Below the pieces are notes generated by a model. That model saw only the letters and a list, made by a program, of their open reading frames with translations, searched no databases and was not told the origin of the DNA. Shown here piece by piece: positions 1-9,314 of a DNA stretch of 64,000 bases. The position numbers were made by a program, and so were the translations under genes. The stretch's first letter is position 1, and every line of letters starts with the position of its first letter. This DNA is from a bacterium (GTDB lineage: Bacteria; Zhuqueibacterota; Zhuqueibacteria; Residuimicrobiales; Krinioviventaceae), in NCBI GenBank assembly GCA_963693055.1, contig OY843751.1:544001-608000 (forward strand), in the 5' to 3' direction.

Positions 1-1611
1 GATATTGGAAGTGATCCTGCTGCTACATTGTATGTAGATAATCAGGTTGGGCGAAAAGTATTTGAAACAATTCAAGGCGGAGACCAGTGGATAGGTGAAG
101 TAGAAATGTATGGCAAAGATGGCAGTGTTTTGCAAATACTGTTACGAGCGTATCCATTCAAAGATAAACAGGGAAACATTTCCGGGTTGGTTGGTCTGCA
201 TACTGATATAACCAATTGGAAAAAAGCAGAAATTGCTTTGCGTGAAAGTGAGAAAAAATATTCTACGGTTGTTGAAAATAGCAATGATGCTATATTGATC
301 CACAGGAATGGTAAAATTCTTTATGCCAATGCGGCCGCCTTTAGATACACCGGATATACTTATCATGAACTGGTTGGGAAAAATATGTTCGAGTTTTTAT
401 ATCCTGATGATATTAACTCAATTAGTGTACGAATGAGTAATAGAATTGCGGGTGTGGATTTAAAGAGTTCTATTGAAGTGTCTATCAAGTTAAAAAATGG
501 AGAATACTTGCCAGTAGATCTGAATGCTACTAAAATTGAATACCTGGGAGAACCTTCCATTGTTGTATTTCTGCGAGATATTCAGGAAAGAAAAATTGCA
601 GATGAGAAATTAAGACAATATAAACGGGCCATTGAAGGTGTTAAAGATCTTATTGCTGCTGTTGATAAGGATTACAAAGTTATTTTTGCCAACAAGATGT
701 ATTTGGAAAGGCATCAATTACAAAACAACCAGATTATTGGGGCCCATTTTGCAGATATTGTTGGTGAAAAAATATTTTATGATGTATTGAAACAAAAAAT
801 TGATCAATGTTTACGCGGAGATATTGTATTTTTTGAGGTGCCATTTACCTACCCTGAGATTGGTGAAAGACAACTTGAAGTTTGGTATTATCCATTGAAA
901 AATGAAAAAAATGATATTGAAGGTGTTGTCGGAATAGTTAAAGACATTACAGATAGAAAAAAAGCTGAAGACCAGATTAAAAGGAATTTGCAGGAAAAAG
1001 AAGTGATGTTGAAAGAAATACATCACCGGGTTAAGAATAATCTTCAAATCATGAACAGTCTGATTTATCTCCAGTCACGTCATAACAGTAAATTGACTTT
1101 TAAAGAATACGCAAAAGAACTGTCAGGACGAATTCAATCAATGGCTTATATTCATGAACAATTGTACAAGACTGAAAATATGGCAAGTATTTACATGCCA
1201 ACATATATTGAAAGCCTGGTAGGCTCTATTATGAACAATTATTCATGTGATAATATTATGGTTACTAAAGATATTGATGATATATATTTGGATATTGATC
1301 GTTCTGTTCCCGCAGGGTTGATATTTAATGAATTAATGACAAATGTTATAAAGCATGCATTCCCTGAGGAAAAAGGGGGGCTGGTCAATATTTCTTTAAA
1401 GATTAAAGATGATTCTTATGTGTTTATATTTAAGGATAATGGTGTGGGGCTACCCGATTCAATTGATATTAATGAACCTTCCACACTGGGGTTAAAGCTG
1501 GTTTCGATTCTGGTAAAACAATTGGATGGAATATTTGAAATAGAAAACCGTAACGGTTTGACCGTTACGGTTCGAATTTCTGCAAATGGGGAAAGTGGAT
1601 CTCACAATTAG
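1..1611 (+). CDS. Multi-PAS sensor histidine kinase, HisKA_2 type (5'-truncated by window edge)
   Basis: Frame is open from base 1. PAS/PAC repeats end in DITNWK, DIQERK and DITDRK. H-box EIHHRVKNNLQ; HATPase NELMTNVIKHAF, DNGVG, LGLKLV. Confidence 0.93.
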   Translation, partial: DIGSDPAATLYVDNQVGRKVFETIQGGDQWIGEVEMYGKDGSVLQILLRAYPFKDKQGNISGLVGLHTDITNWKKAEIALRESEKKYSTVVENSNDAILIHRNGKILYANAAAFRYTGYTYHELVGKNMFEFLYPDDINSISVRMSNRIAGVDLKSSIEVSIKLKNGEYLPVDLNATKIEYLGEPSIVVFLRDIQERKIADEKLRQYKRAIEGVKDLIAAVDKDYKVIFANKMYLERHQLQNNQIIGAHFADIVGEKIFYDVLKQKIDQCLRGDIVFFEVPFTYPEIGERQLEVWYYPLKNEKNDIEGVVGIVKDITDRKKAEDQIKRNLQEKEVMLKEIHHRVKNNLQIMNSLIYLQSRHNSKLTFKEYAKELSGRIQSMAYIHEQLYKTENMASIYMPTYIESLVGSIMNNYSCDNIMVTKDIDDIYLDIDRSVPAGLIFNELMTNVIKHAFPEEKGGLVNISLKIKDDSYVFIFKDNGVGLPDSIDINEPSTLGLKLVSILVKQLDGIFEIENRNGLTVTVRISANGESGSHN

Positions 1612-1631
1612 TTTGTTTGGATATTGGGAGA

Positions 1632-2540
1632 TTAAAAATTATCTGCGTCTATATAAGCTTGTAAAAGTGCTTTTTCACCCTCAATGCCTTTTTTAGACAA
1701 TCCATGCTCCATTCCCATAATGTAGGATGCGTCTTTTTCATAGATATGTTTAAAAATATTGCGATAGTTGATTTCTCCGGTGCCCGGTTCTTTACGTCCG
1801 GGATTATCTCCCATTTGAAAATATCCAATTTCGCTCCATGCCATATCCATATTGGGAATCAGGTTGCCTTCGGTGACCTGCTGATGGTAGAGATCGTCAA
1901 GAATTTTACAAGAAGGGCTGCCAACAGCCTGGCAAATCATATATGCTTGTGGAATTTTTGTAAGGAACAGACCCGGGTGATTGGTCCAATGATTTAGTGG
2001 CTCTAAAACCATAACCAGGCCCGAAGGTTCACAAATTTCAGCGGCACGTTTTAAATTATCAATTACATTGGCGGTTTGATAATCCCATTCCAGCCCTTTA
2101 TCATAACAACCGGGGACAACAGTAGTAAATTTTGCATTCACGCGTTTGGCAACTTCAACGGCAGCTTTAATGTCTTTGAGGATCTGATCGCGAATTTCCT
2201 TGTCGTTACTGGCAAAGTTAACATTTTTAAAATCGGCTGTTGCAACAAAGACCCCCATTTCAAGGCCCAGGCGGTCCATCTCTTTTGCAATCTTTTCCTG
2301 TGTTGCAATTTCGCGACCTTTCATTCCGTTATCTTCAAATGCTCTGAATCCTGCATCGGCAATGAATTTCAGTTGATCAATAAAATCTTCACCGGCATGA
2401 TGTTTAAACATACCAAAATGAGGTGCGTATTTTAATTTGAAATTCTGTTTTTTTACTGCAGCGGAAGCGTTTTTATAGCTTGTAGCAGCAACACCTGCTG
2501 CGGCAATACCTGTGGTTGCCAAAAATTCCCGACGATTCAT
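1632..2540 (-). CDS. Tat-exported hydroxypyruvate isomerase-like / xylose-isomerase TIM-barrel protein
   Basis: Tat signal NRREFL; Hyi-family motifs VLEPLN, DDLYHQQ, DNPGRKEPGTGEINY, GMEH. Confidence 0.88.
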   Translation of the reverse strand: MNRREFLATTGIAAAGVAATSYKNASAAVKKQNFKLKYAPHFGMFKHHAGEDFIDQLKFIADAGFRAFEDNGMKGREIATQEKIAKEMDRLGLEMGVFVATADFKNVNFASNDKEIRDQILKDIKAAVEVAKRVNAKFTTVVPGCYDKGLEWDYQTANVIDNLKRAAEICEPSGLVMVLEPLNHWTNHPGLFLTKIPQAYMICQAVGSPSCKILDDLYHQQVTEGNLIPNMDMAWSEIGYFQMGDNPGRKEPGTGEINYRNIFKHIYEKDASYIMGMEHGLSKKGIEGEKALLQAYIDADNF

Positions 2541-2682
2541 TGTACCTCCGAATTGTAAAATAAGCGATTAATTCTTTTTTTTATTCTATGGCTTTTTGGT
2601 AAAAGAGTCAAGAAAAAAAAGTTGTTGTTTGGAGCTAAAGCACAGCATTTACAGTAATTGAAAGTTAATGTTGTTTTTTGTA

Positions 2683-2711
2683 TTGACATTCAATTCAAGA
2701 ATAATTATAAT
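2683..2711 (+). promoter_or_regulatory. Consensus sigma70 promoter for perR
   Basis: TTGACA (2683-2688), 17-bp spacer, TATAAT (2706-2711), about 30 nt upstream of the ATG. Confidence 0.85.
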
Positions 2712-2713
2712 CA

Positions 2714-2732
2714 ATTAGGAATGATTATTAAT
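2714..2732. promoter_or_regulatory. Putative PerR/Fur operator (autoregulation)
   Basis: Imperfect 9-1-9 palindrome ATTAGGAAT-G-ATTATTAAT over the expected transcription start, directly before a Fur-family gene. Confidence 0.6.
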
Positions 2733-2740
2733 AGAGCAGT

Positions 2741-3154
2741 ATGGAAACCAAAAACAACCGTTCTCTTTATAGACAAAGTAAGCAGCGCGACAGGATTTTA
2801 GAATTATTACGTTCTACTAAAACACATCCTACAGCGGACTGGATTTATGAGAATCTGAAAAAGGAATTCCCTAATCTTAGCCTCGGAACCGTATATCGTA
2901 ACCTTTCTATTTTGGCTGAGCAGGGTTTTATTAAGAAAATTCAGTATGGCAGCACGTTTGATAGATTCGAGGCCAATATTGCACTGCATTACCATTTGAT
3001 TTGTGACAAATGCGGCAGTATTTCTGATTTTGAAATGCCGGTAGAACAGGGGTTGAATGAAAAAGCAAACCAGTTTACTGAATTTAAAGTAAAACGACAT
3101 AAATTGGAATTTTTCGGATTATGTAAATCTTGCGGTGATCTTGAGATAGACTGA
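2741..3154 (+). CDS. perR: Fur-family transcriptional repressor, PerR-like
   Basis: HPTADWIY, SLGTVYRNL, RFE...HYHLICDKCG and a second CxxC (CKSC); upstream of bacterioferritin. Confidence 0.85.
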   Translation: METKNNRSLYRQSKQRDRILELLRSTKTHPTADWIYENLKKEFPNLSLGTVYRNLSILAEQGFIKKIQYGSTFDRFEANIALHYHLICDKCGSISDFEMPVEQGLNEKANQFTEFKVKRHKLEFFGLCKSCGDLEID

Positions 3155-3313
3155 GTGAGAGGCAACCCGGGGCCAGATAGACAATTATTAATGCTTTGAT
3201 ATAATAATTTCTTTTTTGTACCTTATAATGTGCATAATATTTTTATGCGCCCTGTTTTTTATTCTCTCAAATTATTACATAAATCATCACTGAAATTCTT
3301 GGAGGAATTTGTA

Positions 3314-3808
3314 ATGCATGAAAAAAGTATAGAGCTGTTAAATAAAGCTGTTGCGGATGAAATGACTGCTGTTCATCAATATATGTATTTTCATTTTCAT
3401 TGTGACGATCAAGGCTTTGATTTGCTGGCAAACCTGTTTAAACGTACCGCTATTAGTGAAATGATGCATGTAGAACAATTGGCAGAACGTATTTTGTTTT
3501 TAAAAGGTGAAGTTGAATTACATGCTGCCAAAGATGTTGTAAAAATTCATGATGTTAAAGAAATGTTGAAAACCGCATGTGGTATGGAAGAAGCATCTGT
3601 TAAAGATTATAACATGTGGGCGAATGAATGTGCGCAAAATGCAGATTCTGTATCTAAAAAACTTTTTGAAGCACTTGTAGCAGATGAAGAAGGCCATTTT
3701 GATCAGTTTGATACCGAGCTGGAAAATATTGAAAAATTTGGCGTTCAATACCTGGCTCTGCAATCCATTGAGAGAAGTAAAGCAATGGGCGCCGGCGGCG
3801 AAGCTTAA
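3314..3808 (+). CDS. bfr: Bacterioferritin
   Basis: GGAGG RBS before ATG 3314. Ferroxidase motifs EMTAVHQY, EMMHVE (heme Met position), EEASVKDY, DEEGH. Confidence 0.88.
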   Translation: MHEKSIELLNKAVADEMTAVHQYMYFHFHCDDQGFDLLANLFKRTAISEMMHVEQLAERILFLKGEVELHAAKDVVKIHDVKEMLKTACGMEEASVKDYNMWANECAQNADSVSKKLFEALVADEEGHFDQFDTELENIEKFGVQYLALQSIERSKAMGAGGEA

Positions 3809-3844
3809 AAAATAATTTTTTTCTTGAATATTTTTGATTAAATT

Positions 3845-3872
3845 AAGGTCTGTTTTATAACAGACCTTTTTT
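3845..3872 (+). terminator. Intrinsic terminator after bfr
   Basis: AAGGTCTGTT-ttat-AACAGACCTT followed by a T-run. Confidence 0.8.
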
Positions 3873-3996
3873 ATTGGCCGTAATTAGGGGCTATATCGGC
3901 TCGTTAGTTAACAACCCCATCCAAGTTTATTCTTCTTAAAATATTATCACAGATTTTTGTGGTACTGCAGAGGTGTATTTCTAGAAAGACATAGAT

Positions 3997-5721
3997 ATGG
4001 TTCAGGAACGATTTGAACCCAAATTGATAACCGTTATCAAAGAGGGTTATTCCAGTTCGCAGTTTTTGAGTGATCTGGTTGCAGGAATTATTGTAGGTAT
4101 TGTTGCGTTGCCGTTGGCCCTGGCGTTTGCAATTGCATCAGGTGTCAAGCCAGAACAGGGGCTTTATACGGCAATTATTGCAGGATTTTTAATTTCTTTT
4201 TTTAGTGGAAGCCGGGTGCAAATTGGCGGCCCTACCGGTGCTTTTATTGTTATTGTTTACAATATTGTTCAGAATTATGGCTATAGTGGTTTGGCTACCG
4301 CTACGGTTATAGCTGGGGTGTTGCTCGTTATTATGGGTTTTTTACGCCTTGGTACAATCATAAAATATATCCCTTATCCTGTAACGGTTGGTTTTACTTT
4401 TGGTATCGCCATTATTATCTTTGCGGGGCAAATGCGTGACCTGCTAGGATTAGATATGGAAACTGTTCCTGCTGAATTTGTTGAAAAGTGGGTTGCTTAT
4501 GCAGACCATTTTCATTCCTTTAATTTTTATGCCTTTGGAATTGGACTTTTATCCGTTTTGATTGTTATCTTTTGGCCCAGGGTAACCCATCGGGTACCCG
4601 GTTCGTTGATTGCTATTCTATTGACTACTGCAATTGTACAGATTTTTGATGTGCCTGTTGAAACAATACAAAGCCGTTTTGGAAGTGTTTCCGGTCATTT
4701 TGGTGCAATACAAATTCCAAAATTGGATTTACAACATGTCAGGAATTTGTTCTCTCCGGCGGTATCTATTGCTTTGCTGGCTGGTATAGAGTCGTTATTG
4801 TCTGCTGTCGTTGCGGATGGCATGACAGGTCGTAAGCATAGATCGAATATGGAACTTGTTGCGCAGGGGATAGCGAATATTTTTTCTCCATTATTCGGCG
4901 GCATTCCGGCAACGGGTGCAATTGCCCGAACAGCTACCAATATTAAAAATGGGGGTAAAACCCCAATAGCAGGAATTGTGCACGCTGTTGTTTTGCTGTT
5001 AATTATGCTGTTTCTGGGCAAATGGGCAGCTTTAATACCTATGGCAACCCTGGCTGGCATTTTAATTATTGTTGCATACAATATGAGCGAGTGGCATTTG
5101 TTTATTAAATTGTTCAAAAGCCCCAAAAGTGATGTACTAGTATTGTTGATTACTTTTTTTCTTACCGTTTTTGTTGATTTGATTGTTGCTATCCAGGCTG
5201 GTGTTGTGCTGGCGGCTTTATTGTTTATGCGAAGAATGACCATGGTGACACAGGCGGGTTATATTAATGGTATTGTTCAGGATGAAGAAGAACAGGACGA
5301 CCTGAACAGCCTTTCGAGAAGAATAATACCGGATAATGTTGAAGTGTTTGAGGTGAATGGACCATTCTTTTTTGGTGCGGCAGACAAGTTCAAGAGCGCG
5401 CTGTACCAGGTACAGAAAAAACCGGATGTTTTGATCTTGAGAATGCGCAAGGTGCTATCCGTTGATGCTACAGGTTTGCGTGCATTGGAGGAAGTGGTTA
5501 ATAAAACGCGTCAGGAAGGGACGGTGCTTATTTTGTCAGGTGTGCATGCGCAACCGTTGGTTGCAATGGAACGTTCGGGACTGTTGGAAAAGATAGGTAG
5601 TGATAATTTGTTTGGAAATATTGATGACGCATTAAACAGGGCCAGAGATTTGATGGGCCTTCCTGTTGTGGAACCACCGCAACCCTTTATTCCGGTTGTA
5701 AAACGGGAAATGGATAAATAA
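3997..5721 (+). CDS. SulP/SLC26 anion permease with C-terminal STAS domain
   Basis: DLVAGIIVGIVALPLALAFAIASG, GSRVQIGGPTGAF, ATGAIART; STAS GPFFFGAA...VDATG. Confidence 0.93.
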   Translation: MVQERFEPKLITVIKEGYSSSQFLSDLVAGIIVGIVALPLALAFAIASGVKPEQGLYTAIIAGFLISFFSGSRVQIGGPTGAFIVIVYNIVQNYGYSGLATATVIAGVLLVIMGFLRLGTIIKYIPYPVTVGFTFGIAIIIFAGQMRDLLGLDMETVPAEFVEKWVAYADHFHSFNFYAFGIGLLSVLIVIFWPRVTHRVPGSLIAILLTTAIVQIFDVPVETIQSRFGSVSGHFGAIQIPKLDLQHVRNLFSPAVSIALLAGIESLLSAVVADGMTGRKHRSNMELVAQGIANIFSPLFGGIPATGAIARTATNIKNGGKTPIAGIVHAVVLLLIMLFLGKWAALIPMATLAGILIIVAYNMSEWHLFIKLFKSPKSDVLVLLITFFLTVFVDLIVAIQAGVVLAALLFMRRMTMVTQAGYINGIVQDEEEQDDLNSLSRRIIPDNVEVFEVNGPFFFGAADKFKSALYQVQKKPDVLILRMRKVLSVDATGLRALEEVVNKTRQEGTVLILSGVHAQPLVAMERSGLLEKIGSDNLFGNIDDALNRARDLMGLPVVEPPQPFIPVVKREMDK

Positions 5722-5770
5722 GATTATAAATCACCGGCAGCCCTCCTGCTGGCCACCGGTGTTTGTTTTT

Positions 5771-8092
5771 CTAATGACCCAGTGTAAAACCTATTAATAA
5801 TCTTCTTGGGACTGATGGTCCATAAACATACCCTGCATCTCGGGCAATGCCTTTGTCAAAGTCTTTCTGAAAAGAGTCTGTAATATTGTACATACCGATT
5901 GAGAATGTACCATATGAATGCCCCATTACAGGCAGTTTGTAAGAAGCAACAAGATCAAAAGTTACAAAGCTTTTTGTATGTTCAAGACGATCTTGCACAA
6001 TGTATCCGGCATAGTGTGGAGCATACATGGGACCGGTATATTTTGAAATTCCAAGTAAATTGATTTTATTCGAAAGATCATATGAAAGCCGTACACTGCC
6101 ATATAAATCAGGGGTGCGGAAAATGTGTGTAGAATTGAAATCGGGTTCCGGGGAATCCAACTCGCTGTTTTGCAGGGTAAATCCGGTTGTGATTTCTGCT
6201 TTGCGTGTTCGAAAACCAACTTCAAACTCTACTCCTTTGACGACTGATCCATCGCCATTGGCACGATAAAATTCGAACTCATCGGTATTGGGATCATCTC
6301 TTTCATCCAGAATAAATGTTTTGGTAAGATCAGTATAAAATCCATTTAGACTGAACCGCAATCCATTTGTGCCCAGTATTTCTGTCCATTCTGCACCACC
6401 ATAAAAGGTTGTTGCCCGCTCTTCTTCCAAATCATCGCTATTGCGAATGATTTGACCTTCACCACCTACTTGAGTAATATGTAAATCTTCATCAAAGATT
6501 TGGGGAGGTTTAAAGCCAGTAGAAATACCACCACGTATGGTAAGAGGATTGGTGATATGCCAGCGCATAACAGCCCTGGGACTGAAAATAGCATTGTTTA
6601 TTTCAGAGTGTTTATCGATTCGGCTTCCATAAACCAGTTCAATCTGATCATTTTTATCCATTTTCCACATGTCTTGAAGGATTAATCCCAAATTGGTATA
6701 TGTTTCATCAATTATTCGATTGTAAGAAACGGCTATGTCTTTGAGTTTTTCTTGTTTGTATTGTACGCCTGCGGTTAGGAGGTGATTACTCAACAGGTAA
6801 TTTGCCTGGGCACCTGTTACCACTAGCGGATTTTCACTTTCTCCATAAGCATTAGGATCTTGCTCGGCACCATAATATGTATCACGGTTTGTTAGTGCCA
6901 GAGATGTGAAGACTTTATAATCAAGTAAGGCGCTGGGATTATGGGTCCACTTTAGTGAACCACCATATCGTTCTGTTTCGCTTGCTTCGGCAATGTCTGC
7001 TTTATGTGGAGCAAGATCAAATTTATTGCCACCCCGACGATCTTCGTGAATGAAGTGGGTTTGCAATGCCAGCTCGCCATTGATTACTGGTTTATAATAC
7101 CAGTTTAAACCAACTGCCTGATTTTCAAGTTTTCCGATTTCACTAAAACCATCGCTATTGGCATCCCAGGGATCACGATTCCTCATTGTTGCGAACAGAT
7201 ATCCACTCGAATTTCCTTTGCTATTTACTCGTGCAAGGGTAACTCCAAGCTTTTGGTCCAGATCACCATTGATGGAGCCGTTACGATAATCCAAAGCAAT
7301 GTCATTGTGAGTAGGTCGCCGGGTGATCAGGTTCACAACACCCGCAACAGCAGTGCCACCATATAAGGCTGAACCACCACCTTTAACAATTTCTACTTTT
7401 TCAATCATTTCATCAGGGAACTGTTCAAGTCCATAGACATTGGCAAGGCTGCTAATAACGGGGTCACTGTCAATAAGTACCTGGGTGTGGTGGCCTTCCA
7501 TGCCCAGCAGGCGTACCTGGGTAAAATTACAATTCTGGCAGTTTTGTTCAACTCTTACACCTGTTTGAAAGTCCAATACTTCTGCCAGGTTGTTTGCTTT
7601 TTGGGCCTGTATCAATTTTCGGGATACAACAGATGTTTTAACCGGTGCGTCTTTATAAAATTGAGGAACTCCGGTTGCTGTAACAACAACTTCTTCAGCT
7701 TTGATCACTGAGGGATTGAGTTCGAATTCAATGCTGGTTGTTTTGTTGAGGGATATTTTTACTTCTTTTTCAATAGACTCAAAACCCATCATTGATACTT
7801 TGAGTCTATACATACCTGGTTGAAGATTTGATATTTTAAATGTACCATCATGGTTGGTAGCAGCACCAAGATAAGTGCCTGTAATTAATACATTGGCACC
7901 AGGAAGCGGTTCATGACTTTCAGTGTCTAATATAACTCCAGCTAAGGTACCGTTTTGATTATTGTGATGATGACCTTTGCGGTGTTGATGTCTGTTGGTT
8001 TCCTGTGCGTATGAAATATGAATATTCAGGGATTGAAATATATATAAAACAGCGATGAACACTGCCAATTTGATAGAATAATTCCTTGACAT
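5771..8092 (-). CDS. TonB-dependent receptor (likely metal uptake) with carboxypeptidase-like N-domain and His-rich N-terminus
   Basis: Signal peptide; RHQHRKGHHH; EPLPGANV..TNHDGTF; plug with VVVTAT, CQNCNF, IEKVEIVKGGGSALYG..AVAGVVNLIT; barrel ending YVYGPSVPRR. Confidence 0.92.
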   Translation of the reverse strand: MSRNYSIKLAVFIAVLYIFQSLNIHISYAQETNRHQHRKGHHHNNQNGTLAGVILDTESHEPLPGANVLITGTYLGAATNHDGTFKISNLQPGMYRLKVSMMGFESIEKEVKISLNKTTSIEFELNPSVIKAEEVVVTATGVPQFYKDAPVKTSVVSRKLIQAQKANNLAEVLDFQTGVRVEQNCQNCNFTQVRLLGMEGHHTQVLIDSDPVISSLANVYGLEQFPDEMIEKVEIVKGGGSALYGGTAVAGVVNLITRRPTHNDIALDYRNGSINGDLDQKLGVTLARVNSKGNSSGYLFATMRNRDPWDANSDGFSEIGKLENQAVGLNWYYKPVINGELALQTHFIHEDRRGGNKFDLAPHKADIAEASETERYGGSLKWTHNPSALLDYKVFTSLALTNRDTYYGAEQDPNAYGESENPLVVTGAQANYLLSNHLLTAGVQYKQEKLKDIAVSYNRIIDETYTNLGLILQDMWKMDKNDQIELVYGSRIDKHSEINNAIFSPRAVMRWHITNPLTIRGGISTGFKPPQIFDEDLHITQVGGEGQIIRNSDDLEEERATTFYGGAEWTEILGTNGLRFSLNGFYTDLTKTFILDERDDPNTDEFEFYRANGDGSVVKGVEFEVGFRTRKAEITTGFTLQNSELDSPEPDFNSTHIFRTPDLYGSVRLSYDLSNKINLLGISKYTGPMYAPHYAGYIVQDRLEHTKSFVTFDLVASYKLPVMGHSYGTFSIGMYNITDSFQKDFDKGIARDAGYVYGPSVPRRLLIGFTLGH

Positions 8093-8225
8093 TTTCTACT
8101 CCAAGTCAGATGAAAATATTTATATATATCCTGTATTATTGGACGGAATAGGATAGAGTCCAACAATTACCCATCGCAATAAACAGGTTGAAAAATGAAT
8201 GTGTTATAATGTGAAAACAGTTGTA

Positions 8226-8603
8226 TTAGATAGAAACAGGAGGTGCTCTAAGAATAATGAAAAATGTGAGAAATAGAGACTGTAAAATGTGCGTTCGCCC
8301 AATTTTTAGCTGTTGCGCGAATTTTTGGTCAATGAGAGAGTGTATGAAAAGTATAACAAGAAAAGCCAACAGTGTAAATAGCGTGTGGCAAAGAAGAAAT
8401 CCGCTTTCAGTGTGAGAATGGCTTTGATTGGGGCTGCCAGTTTTGTTGAATGGAATTGCATGGCTGTGAACTACAATTTTACCATCAGGCAGAACGTGAA
8501 TATGGGTAAATAGCATTGTAGCTATTAAAAGCATAGACAATGCTGCAATCATGAAAATTGATATTATAGAACAAAAAAGATTTTTTCTGTTATGACAGAT
8601 CAT
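8226..8603 (-). CDS. Small two-TM His-rich membrane protein ending in RAPP (DUF2946/CruR-like putative arrest leader)
   Basis: ATG at 8603 overlaps the end of the DtxR gene; 125 aa: TM, HIH..VVHSH..HSHTES, TM, LRAPPVSI-stop. The longer 8828 start in the ORF track lies inside dtxR. Confidence 0.75.
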   Translation of the reverse strand: MICHNRKNLFCSIISIFMIAALSMLLIATMLFTHIHVLPDGKIVVHSHAIPFNKTGSPNQSHSHTESGFLLCHTLFTLLAFLVILFIHSLIDQKFAQQLKIGRTHILQSLFLTFFIILRAPPVSI

Positions 8604-9144
8604 TTTCCTGCCTAAAGTAATTTTCATCACCTGAGAAATAACATTCGATTTCGCAAACATCACATTGTTCATCTTGGTGGGTGCAATTGTAATTGTATTC
8701 TGAAAAGGCTTTGCGAAATGCAACAGCACGTGGATCATCTGAAAGGTAAAAGCCCATAAAAGATAGAATTTTGGCACTGGATTCTTTGGTAACCAGGTGC
8801 TCAATTTTGCAGGCATCTTCTTCTGCAACTGTGGGATTCACCAGCATAATCTCGGACAATAATCTTTCAAATAATCTTCTTTTCGACAATACCGCGTTTA
8901 CAAGTTGATTGCCAGTGTCAGATAGTTTAAAAAAACGGTTTTTATCTTCTAAAATATAGCCTTTTGCCACTAGTTTATTGACTGTTATGGAGACACTGCC
9001 ACGCGTTAATCCCAGGTAATTTGAAATATCTATGCTTCTTGCGTAACCCTGAGTTTTAACAAGTGTGTGTATTGCCATAAGATAATGCACTGAACTGTGG
9101 CTGAGTTCAATTTCGTCAAATTTTTTCCAAACATCTTGAATCAT
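8590..9144 (-). CDS. DtxR/MntR-family metal-dependent repressor with Cys-rich C-terminal tail
   Basis: wHTH HYLMAI..ARSIDISNYLGLTRGSVS; dimerisation EEDACKIEH; tail CTHQDEQCDVCEIEC. Confidence 0.9.
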   Translation of the reverse strand: MIQDVWKKFDEIELSHSSVHYLMAIHTLVKTQGYARSIDISNYLGLTRGSVSITVNKLVAKGYILEDKNRFFKLSDTGNQLVNAVLSKRRLFERLLSEIMLVNPTVAEEDACKIEHLVTKESSAKILSFMGFYLSDDPRAVAFRKAFSEYNYNCTHQDEQCDVCEIECYFSGDENYFRQENDLS

Positions 9145-9156
9145 GATTGCTACTTT

Positions 9157-9174
9157 TGTTTTGCATGTCAAACA
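9157..9174. promoter_or_regulatory. Putative DtxR/MntR/TroR-type operator
   Basis: Imperfect palindrome TGTTTTGCATGTCAAACA (14/18) between a minus-strand TTGTAT-17-TATATT promoter (9179-9207) and the DtxR ATG. Confidence 0.6.
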
Positions 9175-9314
9175 TTGAAATATAATGTGATTATTATAAA
9201 TATACAAGTAAAATTATGTGGTTTTTTATTTGAATATTTGTATTTTGAACAAGATTCAGATTTATTTGTACTTGATTTCTTGCAGTATGGAGAAATGTAT
9301 GAAACTTTGCCAAA

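Noticed and set aside
4695-5243. Long antisense ORFs (also 53774-54292, 59278-59817, 60059-60586, 62666-63142)
   Set aside because: Shadows of well-supported genes on the opposite strand with no recognisable motifs.
8604-8828. N-terminal 75 aa of the 200-aa ORF 8226-8828
   Set aside because: Lies within dtxR in another frame; the ATG at 8603 overlapping the dtxR end is the plausible start.
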